DNA of 64,000 bases from Methanobacteriota archaeon (lineage in GTDB: Archaea > Thermoplasmatota > E2 > DHVEG-1): NCBI GenBank assembly GCA_963769885.1, contig CAVYNH010000004.1, positions 64,001 through 128,000 of the forward strand, given 5' to 3'. Shown in pieces: positions 41,801 to 50,960 of the stretch. Numbering within the stretch: the first letter of the stretch is position 1; each line of letters starts with the position of its first letter. The position numbers and the translations under genes were made by a program. The notes under the pieces are model-generated. The model did not search any database. It saw only the letters and a program-made list of their open reading frames with translations, and was not told the origin of the DNA.

Positions 41801-44731
41801 GGCTACCTGCGCGGCATAGATGGAGTCGATACCGACGACGGACGGCATCGAGGTCGCTCCGAGCACGCTCTGTGCGGATGCCGCTGCGGAACAGGACATC
41901 AACAGATCCAACGAGAACTTGACCGTGACCGTGAACGGATCGGAGAATACACTCCAGTTTCCGTATCGGCTGACGCCAGGCATGGCTCCATCGAAGAGAT
42001 ACCCTTTGAAGTCCTCGCGGGCTCTCACCACGATCGTGCGCGATCCCGCCCAATGGTAGACGTGGGATGCGTCGCATGGGTGGTCTTCAACGATCGGCCC
42101 GACGCGATCATTGTCATTTGTCCACTCATAGTTCCAGTACCATTGATATTGTAATGGGTCTCCTTCGTCATCATCGGTCCCGGTTGAACTGAATGTGGCT
42201 TTCTCTCCGGCATGGACGGTGGTCGGGCCGGTAATGTCCCCTGGCTTGTTGGGGTCGACATTGCTGCGCTTATCTAAATGAACGAAAGGAACCTGCGTCG
42301 CGATATCATTCGGGCGACTGGTTTCATCCCTGATAATATTGTCAATTCGTCCGGAGGAATTGTACAGCTCGAGGTGGAGTTTATACCAGCCGGCGTTCAC
42401 CCCATTTACCGGCGGCAGCGTCATCGTGATCGTCTTCTGAACGCCGTCGGAGGTCGCTTCGAAATCAAAGTATTTCCACGTGACGTCCTGGCAATCGTCA
42501 TTTAGGAGGCTGGCTTTGATTCTCACCTTGTCTGAGGGGAGGGTGGATGTCACGGTGAGCGTCGCCTGAATAGAGTCATCCTTTCCATCCTGATCGATGT
42601 CAACAACGTTAAAAGTCACCGGTCCGTCGAACTCGCAGTCGGGGTTCAGCATGTAATATTTGAAGATATCCCAGATCAATTCCGTAGAGGCGACGACGTC
42701 GCTGTGATCGATGTATTGCATGCTGTCGCCGTCGGTATAGTTGTCGCCGGCTCGATGCCATTGATCCCAGGAGTATCCGATATATTTTGGTTTGCCAAAA
42801 ATGTTCTTGCCGACGACGCTGTCACCCTTGAACAGACAGGTCGTATTTGCTTGGGGAAATGTAGCATTGACCGTCCCCTGTTCTGATCCAAAACCAGATC
42901 CAGCTCTGACCCAGCAATCGTAATTCGAATAGCCGCTCTCTTTTCGAATGGTATCCAATGTTTTTTCTCTCTCTTTTTCTGTTGTGAAAATCGACACTCC
43001 GCAGTTCTTCTGGTTAAAGCCGAGTTGGTCGAGGATCAGCCAATGTACTAGGGTATTACCCAGACTACCTGAATGATTGTCGACGTAGTGTCGAGCGCCT
43101 TGGAATCCGTGTTCCTCCGCCGTTGTGAAAAGGAACGTGAGGTTGTATTTTGGTTTGATGGAGGGATGGTCTTTGACGTATTTTGCTATGGTGAGGACGA
43201 TTGCGCACCCGACTCCGGAGTCGCCGGGTGTCTGTCCCCACATGCCGTCGTACCTATTTGAGAAGATCCCAACAGCGTTACCGGGGCTTCCGCCGGGAAT
43301 CGAGATGTTGGCATAGACGTCGTCCCCTATCGTCCCTGGATGTCCCGGCGTCTCTTCGAGGTAATCCTGTCTTGCATCGCCGGTAAGAGTCGTGGTGTCA
43401 TGATTCTCGCTTAAGAAATCGCCAGCCGTGTAATTTAACGTCAGTATTGGCAGCATATAGGTAGAATTTTTTTCGGTATTTTGATCGACAACAAAATGGT
43501 AGTCATGCGAATCATATAAAATAACAGCTGTGCAATTGAGTGCCGGACAATTGATGAAATTAAAGAATTGTGTGACGAGTGTGGCAGCAAATAAGACATG
43601 AGCAAAACTTACTTTGGCATGGATGGCTTCGTCCTGGTGGGTGGGGAAATTCACGAGGGTTTCACCTAATGCGATCGTCTTGTATAATGGGTGACTATAC
43701 CATGTCACATTCAACAGTTCACTGTGATCCGGGATTCTACAAAGGAGAACAAATGGCTGGTACGCGGGATAAATACCAAGGAAATCATAACGGAAGGTCA
43801 GATCCGTCATGAAGTCTCCAAAGTTATCTACTAAGACGACAGGGTAGCTTGACAGGCGTTCTTTCACCTCGTTCCCAGATTCGTTATCAATCCAAAGAAC
43901 GGGGTAACAACAATTTGAGGTATCAGTAATGTATTCGATTCCTTGATCATTGTAGTCAACGATGATGACCGCTGTTGCGTCAGTGATGGTATCCAGCTTT
44001 GCCTGCGCTCCTGGCAGATCGTCAATCAGGAAGACGCGGTCAATCATATAGTCTGGTGGGCAAGGATCGTCGGGTCCTATGTAATGAACAATTCCGAAGA
44101 TCACTTTGAAAATATAGTCAGTCAATTTCCCGAATTCACGAACGGTGTAGGAGCCTCTCCCTCCAAATAATTTTCCGAGCTCAAAGGGGACGATCTTGGT
44201 ATTATCGAAGACATAATGCTTTGTCCAATTTTCGCTTCGCGAAGCGGCATTGTCTTTACTTGCTTCTATTGTGTTTTTATAGGGGATATATCCGATTTCC
44301 TTCCGTGAAATAGGATTCATGAATGGGTACGTCGGTGCTCCAGGATCTGTGTTGACGCTCAAGTGAAAATCGGTGTCGTTGATGATGCATGAATAGTTTC
44401 TATGCGCTTCATTGATGTAGGCAAGTCGCTCTGTTTTTACATTCCCCTGGCCGAACATGGTTTCAAGTCGAGGCACCAGTATTTCATTTGCAGTGTATAT
44501 TCCTCCTTTTGAGTCAAAGTTCCTTCCCTTGGGGATATCAGTTTGGTTGTATGCATCGTATATCACATTGGTCAGATTCCCTAACACTTCCCAGAGATAA
44601 TCATAGTCGAGGCCTTCTGGCACAGCCACGGCTTTTGAGACGCTGTTCTTTGGGTCGAATTTGGTTACCATTAGACTGGTTGCCACGAGCATCAAACAGA
44701 CTACTAGTCCGAAAAATTTCCTACTTACCAT
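38867..44731 (-). CDS. Giant secreted M28-like peptidase with PKD, LamG and the conserved C-terminal module
   Basis: FLFTTAEEHG.QGA, LDQLG, WHRAGD; WTWNFGDG; WHHIAYV...LYVDG; C-terminus homologous to 7627-13641. Confidence 0.85.
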   Translation of the reverse strand: MVSRKFFGLVVCLMLVATSLMVTKFDPKNSVSKAVAVPEGLDYDYLWEVLGNLTNVIYDAYNQTDIPKGRNFDSKGGIYTANEILVPRLETMFGQGNVKTERLAYINEAHRNYSCIINDTDFHLSVNTDPGAPTYPFMNPISRKEIGYIPYKNTIEASKDNAASRSENWTKHYVFDNTKIVPFELGKLFGGRGSYTVREFGKLTDYIFKVIFGIVHYIGPDDPCPPDYMIDRVFLIDDLPGAQAKLDTITDATAVIIVDYNDQGIEYITDTSNCCYPVLWIDNESGNEVKERLSSYPVVLVDNFGDFMTDLTFRYDFLGIYPAYQPFVLLCRIPDHSELLNVTWYSHPLYKTIALGETLVNFPTHQDEAIHAKVSFAHVLFAATLVTQFFNFINCPALNCTAVILYDSHDYHFVVDQNTEKNSTYMLPILTLNYTAGDFLSENHDTTTLTGDARQDYLEETPGHPGTIGDDVYANISIPGGSPGNAVGIFSNRYDGMWGQTPGDSGVGCAIVLTIAKYVKDHPSIKPKYNLTFLFTTAEEHGFQGARHYVDNHSGSLGNTLVHWLILDQLGFNQKNCGVSIFTTEKEREKTLDTIRKESGYSNYDCWVRAGSGFGSEQGTVNATFPQANTTCLFKGDSVVGKNIFGKPKYIGYSWDQWHRAGDNYTDGDSMQYIDHSDVVASTELIWDIFKYYMLNPDCEFDGPVTFNVVDIDQDGKDDSIQATLTVTSTLPSDKVRIKASLLNDDCQDVTWKYFDFEATSDGVQKTITMTLPPVNGVNAGWYKLHLELYNSSGRIDNIIRDETSRPNDIATQVPFVHLDKRSNVDPNKPGDITGPTTVHAGEKATFSSTGTDDDEGDPLQYQWYWNYEWTNDNDRVGPIVEDHPCDASHVYHWAGSRTIVVRAREDFKGYLFDGAMPGVSRYGNWSVFSDPFTVTVKFSLDLLMSCSAAASAQSVLGATSMPSVVGIDSIYAAQVAGAIAPVDYEWTINNELIPHHEQTLVHHFERAGDDNVVRLRVSDANNYIEEISVNVSVMPLNVSYNLSVPNYPYVNPDYPIVFNDTSAACDGLHITDWTWNFGDGNITNGRNVTHFYENVGQYNVTLTVTDDTHQLHSITKQLNITFEMTPPKITYLDVTPEVVGVGMNASIAAVIADNDSGINTAWVNITAPDNSTAEYPMTHIINDSYFLTFSDTQQSGEYRGRVWAVDNANNTNYSNEFNFTVTPTPIIYFVPPTPPDNAMINQSWAQVNATVEDGLQTAAFIDWNRTLRGYWPMDDYNDTSVIDDSTYHNNGVFWGGLGPSDIVTGKFGKALDFDGIDDAVHCGKDPSLNLGTGDFTFMTWVNVPVSFEPPSIRIILSNQPEATGQGYYCGISNSYARIFTSQGSLPGQTTSLTGTIPITAEAWHHIAYVRQGTELRLYVDGEFDQSTTGTVRDITNNQETCLSEENTAEYHHFRGLLDEPQLYARALSWEEIQASYNNSVHKLAHTFTGLSGTYTFSAHAIDIQGNQSSTETHHATFDADGPYITSVLVTPSLSGFGSQIHIQATIMDNISGVKAATAAIQLPNQSQQMKETQIPMTLVTGVPNRYECYFNDTWLTGRYPVSVRAVDNLGNEQTATGFYFDIAAHATLSVGTLKTSYTKGEVIELTDAFPEVDPSITLYSQATDGYIYNSNTNYNTAWTSTRGTVDNTGASILIGQKFNPPFGPYSLYRGFLFFDTTRIPSNAIIDAATLGLYKMGDYSTTDFLITVQNGQPTYPHNPLIVTDYDKSLYSGNGGQFNTNNFVNGFNDLSLNSQGLGWINRIGVTKLCLRSSRDISGTTPTGNEYVAISSYEFQGIGCQPRLVVQCRNQSKIKNTGITDIRGYLLIQVEFQDPRTGQWMLDTKAVDEQTPRLIQSGGLLALDSIFHGLVKTDDLRHGNGQYRVYAAFCDQQGNVLIDSDQHHLVSAFVFSVSGL

Positions 44732-45372
44732 TTCCTAACCTCCAATTTTACGTACCTATTTTCCATTAATAACCTTTTTCATTTTTTGAAAAATTTAAAT
44801 AATATATATAATATAACAAAATTATTTCTTTTATTACACATACACATTTACCTCATAACCCATAAACCCACCAATTAGGATAAAAGACAAAGAAGGAAAA
44901 AGCGGTATTCATCAACGAACATAGGCAGAGAATCGGTGAGCATTACATCAGGAATCACCTAAAACAATGCGCCATCGAGGCAGGGATCCAAAAAAGGGTC
45001 AATCCTCACATGCTCCGGGCGTCGTGCATCACCCACCTCTTCAACAAAGGGGTAAATCCGCTCACAGTCCAGAAACATGCACGACATACCGATTTCGCCC
45101 AAACCATGACCTACAACCGCCCTACGCAACAATAGATGAAAGGGGACATCGAGAGGATATTCATACGAAAGGCGGACCTCAACAATGAAGACCGCGTCAA
45201 GGTCTTCATCGACAAATACTTGCGTGGAGAGCTATCCAACAAAGGGGTTGATACAGCCCATTCGCCTAAAATATCGCCAAAAAATTCAATGAAAAGTTGC
45301 AGCATCTTTCTCTCTTCTTTTTTCTTTTTGCGGTTGTCGCCTGTCGCATGCGATAAAGACAAGTATTGATGG

Positions 45373-45455
45373 TTGTTCTGAAAAAGACGGCGGCCTTTAA
45401 TCTGCGGGTCTTTACTACTCTGTTTAAACCACGTGATATTTCCGGTTGCTATCTA
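45373..45455 (+). repeat. Repeat A, degenerate variant copy
   Basis: CTTTAATCTGCGGGTCTTTACT...ATTTCCGG.TGCTAT. Confidence 0.65.
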
Positions 45456-45488
45456 GATCAAAATCGTTGCCTTTCGATAATCTTCTTT

Positions 45489-45698
45489 CTAATCACTTCG
45501 AGAGTCGATATGTAACCCATTAATTTGATTTTGGTTAAAATAATTAAAATTTAAAGACTGTATATTTACCTTTGTATCAATCTTTGTATCAATCTTTGTA
45601 TCAATAATAGTTAAAGTAAATTTATAAAAAATAAAATTAATGGTAACATTTATTACTAAACTAATTCCAACAATTATTATAATTAAACTCAGCTCCAT
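45489..45698 (-). CDS. 69-aa peptide: hydrophobic N-terminus, (IDTK)x3, C-terminal DSRSD
   Basis: AGGA RBS-like sequence upstream; starts 12 bp after the upstream gene; three perfect 12-bp repeats CTTTGTATCAAT at 45570-45605. Confidence 0.55.
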   Translation of the reverse strand: MELSLIIIIVGISLVINVTINFIFYKFTLTIIDTKIDTKIDTKVNIQSLNFNYFNQNQINGLHIDSRSD

Positions 45699-45710
45699 GG
45701 TCTTTTTCCT

Positions 45711-47132
45711 TTATATGGGATTATTATACTGAACAAGCATGAAAGGAGTATTAATTTCCTCTTTCATGCCCCATAATTCAACCGAACCACTTAATGTTCT
45801 TATCTGATTTACGACTTTTTGTACAATTTGTGGATCATCCTCTTGAACTAAACGCGCTTTAATTAAAAGAATCCAGATAGTCTTAACAATGTTTTTAAGA
45901 GGAGATGTCGTTAAATCAACCAATTCTTCAAAACTATCTACCAAAGTCCTCCGATCCTTCTCCCGAATGGCTGCGGGAATAGAAGTTACTCCTGCTGAGA
46001 GTGTATTAATAATTTCACGTCTTCTACCTTTGCGTTTAAGTTCTTCTAATAATTTATCCGAAAAAGTCCCAAATGCGCTGTGTAAGTCTATAGTATTTTT
46101 TTTATACATCTTTATAGGATCTTTTTGAAAAGAATATGTATGCCATGTTCTATTCATAACTTCAATTATATTCCCTCTCAGCATTTTCTCTTCTTCGGTA
46201 ACTTCTTTGTCATGCTTTCGAATCTCAATAACCAAATTTACCGCTTGCTTAACCTCCCACTTTTGCATGGGTATTTGAACTATTTTTGCTGCATGAACAG
46301 TTTCAGTTTCGCTACTTCCGAAGGGAAATGCCGGCGCTAATATTTTTCCATCTTCGTCTGTTAATTGTAAATCATCATCAATGGCCATCATAGTAAAACC
46401 TCCTCGACTGTATATCTTTGGGGCCACAATATAATGCAAAGTCCTGGCAGTTCTGTAAGCTGTCAAAGGTGAATTATTTAATGAATTCTCTATCCGCTCA
46501 ACATTATGATTTAACCCATAAAGTTCCTGCCATTTAACCCTTTCAGCAATAAAAAAAGGAAGTCTACTCAAGTCTTGAATCAGTGGATTTTCCTGTTTTT
46601 TAATATTATACTCTTCTCTTGCATGCTTATCAAATCCATTAATTCTCAATTGATACTCTTTAGATTTTTCAGATACTTCTCTTTGAAACTCAAGATCACC
46701 ATCCAAACGTGCATCCTCAAATAATTGAGCACGAATAAGAGGCTTATCTTTAGGAAGTTCTTTAATAAACTTATCAAAGATATCCTTTTGATAACTTTCA
46801 AGGCTATTTCCAATAATAGGTACGAGTAAATCCGCTTTTATTAACTCCAATACTTGATCTAAAGATGCACCACAATAATTAAAAAATTCATCATCACTCC
46901 GATAAGGTGGTAAATACATAATAACTTTGTCTAAAAAGACTGGATAGAGCCATACTGGAATGAAATTACCTGTATACGCAGGTTTATCTCCCCTTCTATA
47001 ATAAGTGTCGAGATTCCCTAATTCATAATATGGTAAAAATATACTACGAGGTTCTTTCTTTTCTTCCAACTGATCGATACTGAAAATTGTTTTCTCCTTA
47101 ATAAGTTCCTCAAAGCTGCTCATTTCCTCCAC
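45711..47132 (-). CDS. Hypothetical 473-aa protein
   Basis: Long AT-rich ORF overlapping the upstream gene; no motif recognised. Confidence 0.8.
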   Translation of the reverse strand: MEEMSSFEELIKEKTIFSIDQLEEKKEPRSIFLPYYELGNLDTYYRRGDKPAYTGNFIPVWLYPVFLDKVIMYLPPYRSDDEFFNYCGASLDQVLELIKADLLVPIIGNSLESYQKDIFDKFIKELPKDKPLIRAQLFEDARLDGDLEFQREVSEKSKEYQLRINGFDKHAREEYNIKKQENPLIQDLSRLPFFIAERVKWQELYGLNHNVERIENSLNNSPLTAYRTARTLHYIVAPKIYSRGGFTMMAIDDDLQLTDEDGKILAPAFPFGSSETETVHAAKIVQIPMQKWEVKQAVNLVIEIRKHDKEVTEEEKMLRGNIIEVMNRTWHTYSFQKDPIKMYKKNTIDLHSAFGTFSDKLLEELKRKGRRREIINTLSAGVTSIPAAIREKDRRTLVDSFEELVDLTTSPLKNIVKTIWILLIKARLVQEDDPQIVQKVVNQIRTLSGSVELWGMKEEINTPFMLVQYNNPI

Positions 47133-47962
47133 CCCTTAATCATATTTAATTGTTCAACAATATCTTTTTCTGATTCTATGTTTAATATCAATTCTTTATT
47201 TAAATTTTTTTCTAAAATAAGTTTAAGTATTTTTTCCGCATCATTAGAATAATAAAAAGGTTCATTTATATCATACCAAACTCCATCCTTCCGTAACGGA
47301 GAATTCACGTGAATCTCATAAATCAAATCAATTCCTATCCTTTTCACGAAATCAACAGTATCTATCTTAAACTCACAAGCAGAAATCATCGTATGTGCGA
47401 TATCGAGCAAAATTCCACATCTTGTTTTCCTTGCTATTTTTGAAATAAATTCATACTCACAAACAAATTCATAGGCTCCAGTAGGATGATAGTCCAAGTT
47501 CTCCACTAAAATCATTCCTTTATAACCTTCTTCGCCTAATACATCTTTGACTATATTCAACGACTCGGAAATGCTTTTGAAAATTTCGCCCATTGATAGA
47601 GTTTCTCCTATAGCAAAATTATGTTTGTCTATCCCCTTCATTCCAACTATTTTAGATGAGAAACCGAGATGAAAAGAAATTACAAAAGGCTGTAAAATTT
47701 TATAAATCTTGTAAATGGAAGAACCACTATCCTTTAACATCTCCTTAACTTCGTCTGAAACCAGATTTAACGTTACGCTCTTATTATGCTCGTGGAGATA
47801 TTGAACATGCATTGAAATTGGAAACTTCCTTAAGATTTCCATTTTAGATTTAATGAGTTCAGTTTCCAGATCTTTAACCTCTACAAAGTCAATACGAGGG
47901 TCTGTAAGTATTACTTGTTCAAGTTCTGGATTATAGGGATTATATGTAACACCGATCTTTAT
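47120..47962 (-). CDS. DUF692/MNIO-like metal-dependent TIM-barrel enzyme (extended to a probable ATA start)
   Basis: IDFVEVK, SMHV, SFHLG, LVENLDY, LLDIAH, YEIHV, NIESE ligand pattern; frame open 40 codons upstream of the called ATG at 47842. Confidence 0.7.
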   Translation of the reverse strand: MKIGVTYNPYNPELEQVILTDPRIDFVEVKDLETELIKSKMEILRKFPISMHVQYLHEHNKSVTLNLVSDEVKEMLKDSGSSIYKIYKILQPFVISFHLGFSSKIVGMKGIDKHNFAIGETLSMGEIFKSISESLNIVKDVLGEEGYKGMILVENLDYHPTGAYEFVCEYEFISKIARKTRCGILLDIAHTMISACEFKIDTVDFVKRIGIDLIYEIHVNSPLRKDGVWYDINEPFYYSNDAEKILKLILEKNLNKELILNIESEKDIVEQLNMIKGWRK

Positions 47963-48630
47963 ATCTCCACCATCCTATGAACAATAAATGCTTCCGCATA
48001 TTGAACTTTGGCTTGAAATCCTCTGAAAATAGCTTTTGAAACTATCACTTTTTTATTCATATATGGTTTCCCTGCTTGTGTTTTATGCAGTTTAATAGCC
48101 TCAATTTTCTTTTGTACATATGCTGTGGTGTCTACAAAATAATTAGGTGAAAATGAAGTTCTCGTCGTTGGTGATTCATAAAACAGCATTGTTTTTATTC
48201 TTCTTGCTGCATGAAGGCTGATAAGCGATGTGTTAACATGATCCAAATGATCGTCTTCAAAATGATGAGTGTAGATTGCGTCTGGGTTTACTTCCATTAT
48301 GTGCTTATACACATCCTCAATAACCTTTTTGTTAATTTTAATCCCATTGTCTGGAAGCCCGAGAATTTTTATATTTTCTTTTTTTACTCCAAGAAGCTTT
48401 AAGGCATTTTTTGTTTCATTTTCTCGCGTTCGTCCTTTCAGAACATTTCTCTGTTTTTCATCCAACTCCCCTCTATCCTCAAGTTTGTCATCGCTTACAC
48501 CTTTTTCGCCTCTCGAAAGTATCAAGATACACATATCATCTCCATTTTCTGCATGCTTTGCTAAACAGCCACCTAATCCAAGTTCTACATCATCAGGATG
48601 AGCCCCAATAGCCAAGATTTTAATTGACAT
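47959..48630 (-). CDS. PIG-L/LmbE-family deacetylase
   Basis: AHPDDVE, RENE, LPD, DDHLDH, HKTQ, YAEAF. Confidence 0.92.
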   Translation of the reverse strand: MSIKILAIGAHPDDVELGLGGCLAKHAENGDDMCILILSRGEKGVSDDKLEDRGELDEKQRNVLKGRTRENETKNALKLLGVKKENIKILGLPDNGIKINKKVIEDVYKHIMEVNPDAIYTHHFEDDHLDHVNTSLISLHAARRIKTMLFYESPTTRTSFSPNYFVDTTAYVQKKIEAIKLHKTQAGKPYMNKKVIVSKAIFRGFQAKVQYAEAFIVHRMVEI

Positions 48631-48720
48631 CTTTATCTTTCCTTTTTTAAAAAATGAGTAGTGCTTTATAATGGCTTTGCTGGCTTTGTATATAAATTAG
48701 TTAGAGTTCTATCTTGCACA

Positions 48721-48766
48721 TGAAATAGGGGCTTTGCCCCTATAATCCCATTCTGCCTTCATTCCT
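48721..48766 (+). repeat. Repeat A, 5' half only
   Basis: TGAAATAGGGGCTTTGCCCCTATAATCCCATTCTGCCTTCATTCCT. Confidence 0.85.
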
Positions 48767-49704
48767 CGGCAAGCCTTGGGAGGTCTTGCCGTATCTCACT
48801 CGGCGGTCAGGCACCGCTGCCGGTCGTCAACAATGGTTATGTTGTAATGTCGTTGTTGGTCTCAGAGGTAGGATGAGGATTAACCGAAGTTGATCCGTCC
48901 GAGGGATTTGTGGTGCTTGAATGCTTGATCAAATTCTATTCCATAATAGATTCTTCAGAATCTGGGTTACATTTCAAAAATGCGGTCTAAAGCAATAGAC
49001 GGCTGAGTCAGTGGTTGTCACAGGAAAATGACTGTTATTTTTTTTGGAGAAAGGAATTTGAATATGAATTTTACCATTGCAGGTTCTGTAAAGCATAGCG
49101 TTGGTTAAATAGCGTTTGAAAATCAGAGTTGGCAAAGAAATATGTTTATTTTTTATTTTGATCTTTAATTACTTGAATCATTTCTAAATTATTTGCTCTA
49201 ATGAAATCTGCCATCATAGAATTATTTGTTTCCATGAGTTTAGGAAGTTGAATCAACTCATTTCTAATCATTTCTAACTTACCCTCATACTCTTTTAATT
49301 CAGTCAATATCCCTATATCCCTATCATACGTACTTAAACCAACTTGCCATTGAATAAACATAGAAATAAGAAAACACAAGGTTCCCAATAAAAACCAGGA
49401 ATACCTCCGATGTAAAATAGAAAAATCCTATGAATAATGTTAAAATAGCTGTTGCCAGAATTTTAAATAAAATTATAGTTCTCCAATGTATCATAATTTC
49501 AGAATATGCTTATGGAATTTAAATATCTATCATATTTTGTCTTTGTCAATTTAGTGTTTGCAAACTGGTTCTGTATAATCTGAGTGTGGTTAATTTAGTC
49601 TGTCAAATTTAATATCTTAAATGCAGTATTAGGGATGTAATTTTACCATTTTGAAAATCTACTCCAATAATACAAAATATCTGGAATGATACAATATAAT
49701 ATAA

Positions 49705-49926
49705 ATGTGGGTAAGGCGTTCTCCAGACAAACAACAACAGCACGTTCCAGAATCGCTTAAAGAGTTTGAAAACTTTCTCAATAAAAACGGCGATAAGAAG
49801 AAAATTGAGAAAGCGAAAAAAATATTTTATGAAACCTATCTCGAAAATATTCAAGGGGGGATGAGTCCAGAAGAGGCATTGCAAAAAGCGAAATCGGTTG
49901 CATTATGCTTTTTGTTCGTACAGTAA
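49705..49926 (+). CDS. Small hypothetical protein
   Basis: 73-aa ORF with an AT-rich upstream region. Confidence 0.5.
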   Translation: MWVRRSPDKQQQHVPESLKEFENFLNKNGDKKKIEKAKKIFYETYLENIQGGMSPEEALQKAKSVALCFLFVQ

Positions 49927-50017
49927 TCAACGAATCAATTTTAGATATTGTCGAGGAGAGAAGAAAAAGTTGTTGGAAGAAAAACTATTTGAGAAAACAC
50001 ACAATACACATAAACAT

Positions 50018-50209
50018 ATGAATTCAGAACAAGCAGCAGATATAGCTATAAAATTTGCCAAAACACATGGAACTCCTTTTGTAAAACTAATAGATGCTAC
50101 GCAAATTGGAAAAATCTGGTATGTAAAAATAGATGTCGGTGTAATTTCTGTTGATATTCGTACGATAAAAATCGATGATGTCTTAGGAAGAATCATCTCA
50201 ATATCATAA
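50018..50209 (+). CDS. Small hypothetical protein (PepSY-like pattern)
   Basis: MNSEQAADIAIKFA...WYVKI...IKIDD..GRII. Confidence 0.5.
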   Translation: MNSEQAADIAIKFAKTHGTPFVKLIDATQIGKIWYVKIDVGVISVDIRTIKIDDVLGRIISIS

Positions 50210-50317
50210 TGAAATAAGGGCTTTGCCCCTATGACCCCGTTCCGCCTTCGTTCCTTTTCTTTATAGGACTTACGCTGATGCTTCAGATCGCGCAGTATTC
50301 CCTGCCGCTATTAATAA
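50210..50317 (+). repeat. Repeat A, full copy (IS target core mutated)
   Basis: GAAATAAGGGCTTTGCCCCTATGACCCCGTTCCGCCTTCGTTCC...CTTACGCTGATGCTTCAGATCGCGCAGTATTCCCTGCCGCTATT. Confidence 0.9.
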
Positions 50318-50342
50318 ATCGTCAGAACTTCTATTCTGCAAA

Positions 50343-50615
50343 TTGGCACGACACGAAATCTTTAAGGAATGTTGGAACCTTCTCGAAGTCATGTCTGTTG
50401 AAGAGCCACACAGAAGTTGGTTTGAATATTCGAATGTCTTAATCGTTGTGTGGATGGTAGGATTGTTTGTAGCGTTTGGTCTCCTTTCGAACTTCTATGA
50501 CCAAGAGAGCATTCTCCAAAACCTTGGTCAAGGCGCGTTCATTGCTCTGTTCGTGGGTGCGGTATTGTATATCGTGAGGTGGATTGCTCTTAGACGAAAG
50601 AAGGCGGTCAGATGA
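50343..50615 (+). CDS. Small two-TM membrane protein
   Basis: Two hydrophobic helices and a basic tail. Confidence 0.55.
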   Translation: MARHEIFKECWNLLEVMSVEEPHRSWFEYSNVLIVVWMVGLFVAFGLLSNFYDQESILQNLGQGAFIALFVGAVLYIVRWIALRRKKAVR

Positions 50616-50841
50616 GTATAAGCCGTACATCTCACCTACCCCCTCCTGTGCGTAGAAGAACCCTTGGATATTTAAATCTTTGTTAGGATCATTTTACTAT
50701 TTAGGTAAGGAGAGAAAAAATGCAGGGGAAGGGATACCAACCTCGAGTTCAAATCTCACAAGAGCCCTGTTATTTCTCCTAGGATTTCCCTTATAATTCG
50801 TTTACCCACAGAAGAGGACCTGTCGAAAAGAAAAAATGCTT

Positions 50842-50960
50842 CTGTCGGGGTTAAGGTTTTCACGCTTCTGTTGAAAATCTTAACAAACACCCCTAAAACG
50901 CGGTTGAATAGTTCGCCTACATTACTCTCTAAAAGCTTCTCTTTTTTTCTTTCCTTTTTT
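50842..50960. repeat. Repeat B copy 2
   Basis: 92/93 identical to 6849-6941. Confidence 0.9.

Noticed and set aside
44967-45369. Short ORFs upstream of the M28 gene
   Set aside because: Fragmentary, with no recognisable motif; possibly a decayed gene but not supportable.
50742-50768. T-arm-like GAGTTCAAATCTC as a tRNA or att remnant
   Set aside because: Only a 3-bp stem and no cloverleaf; too short to support.
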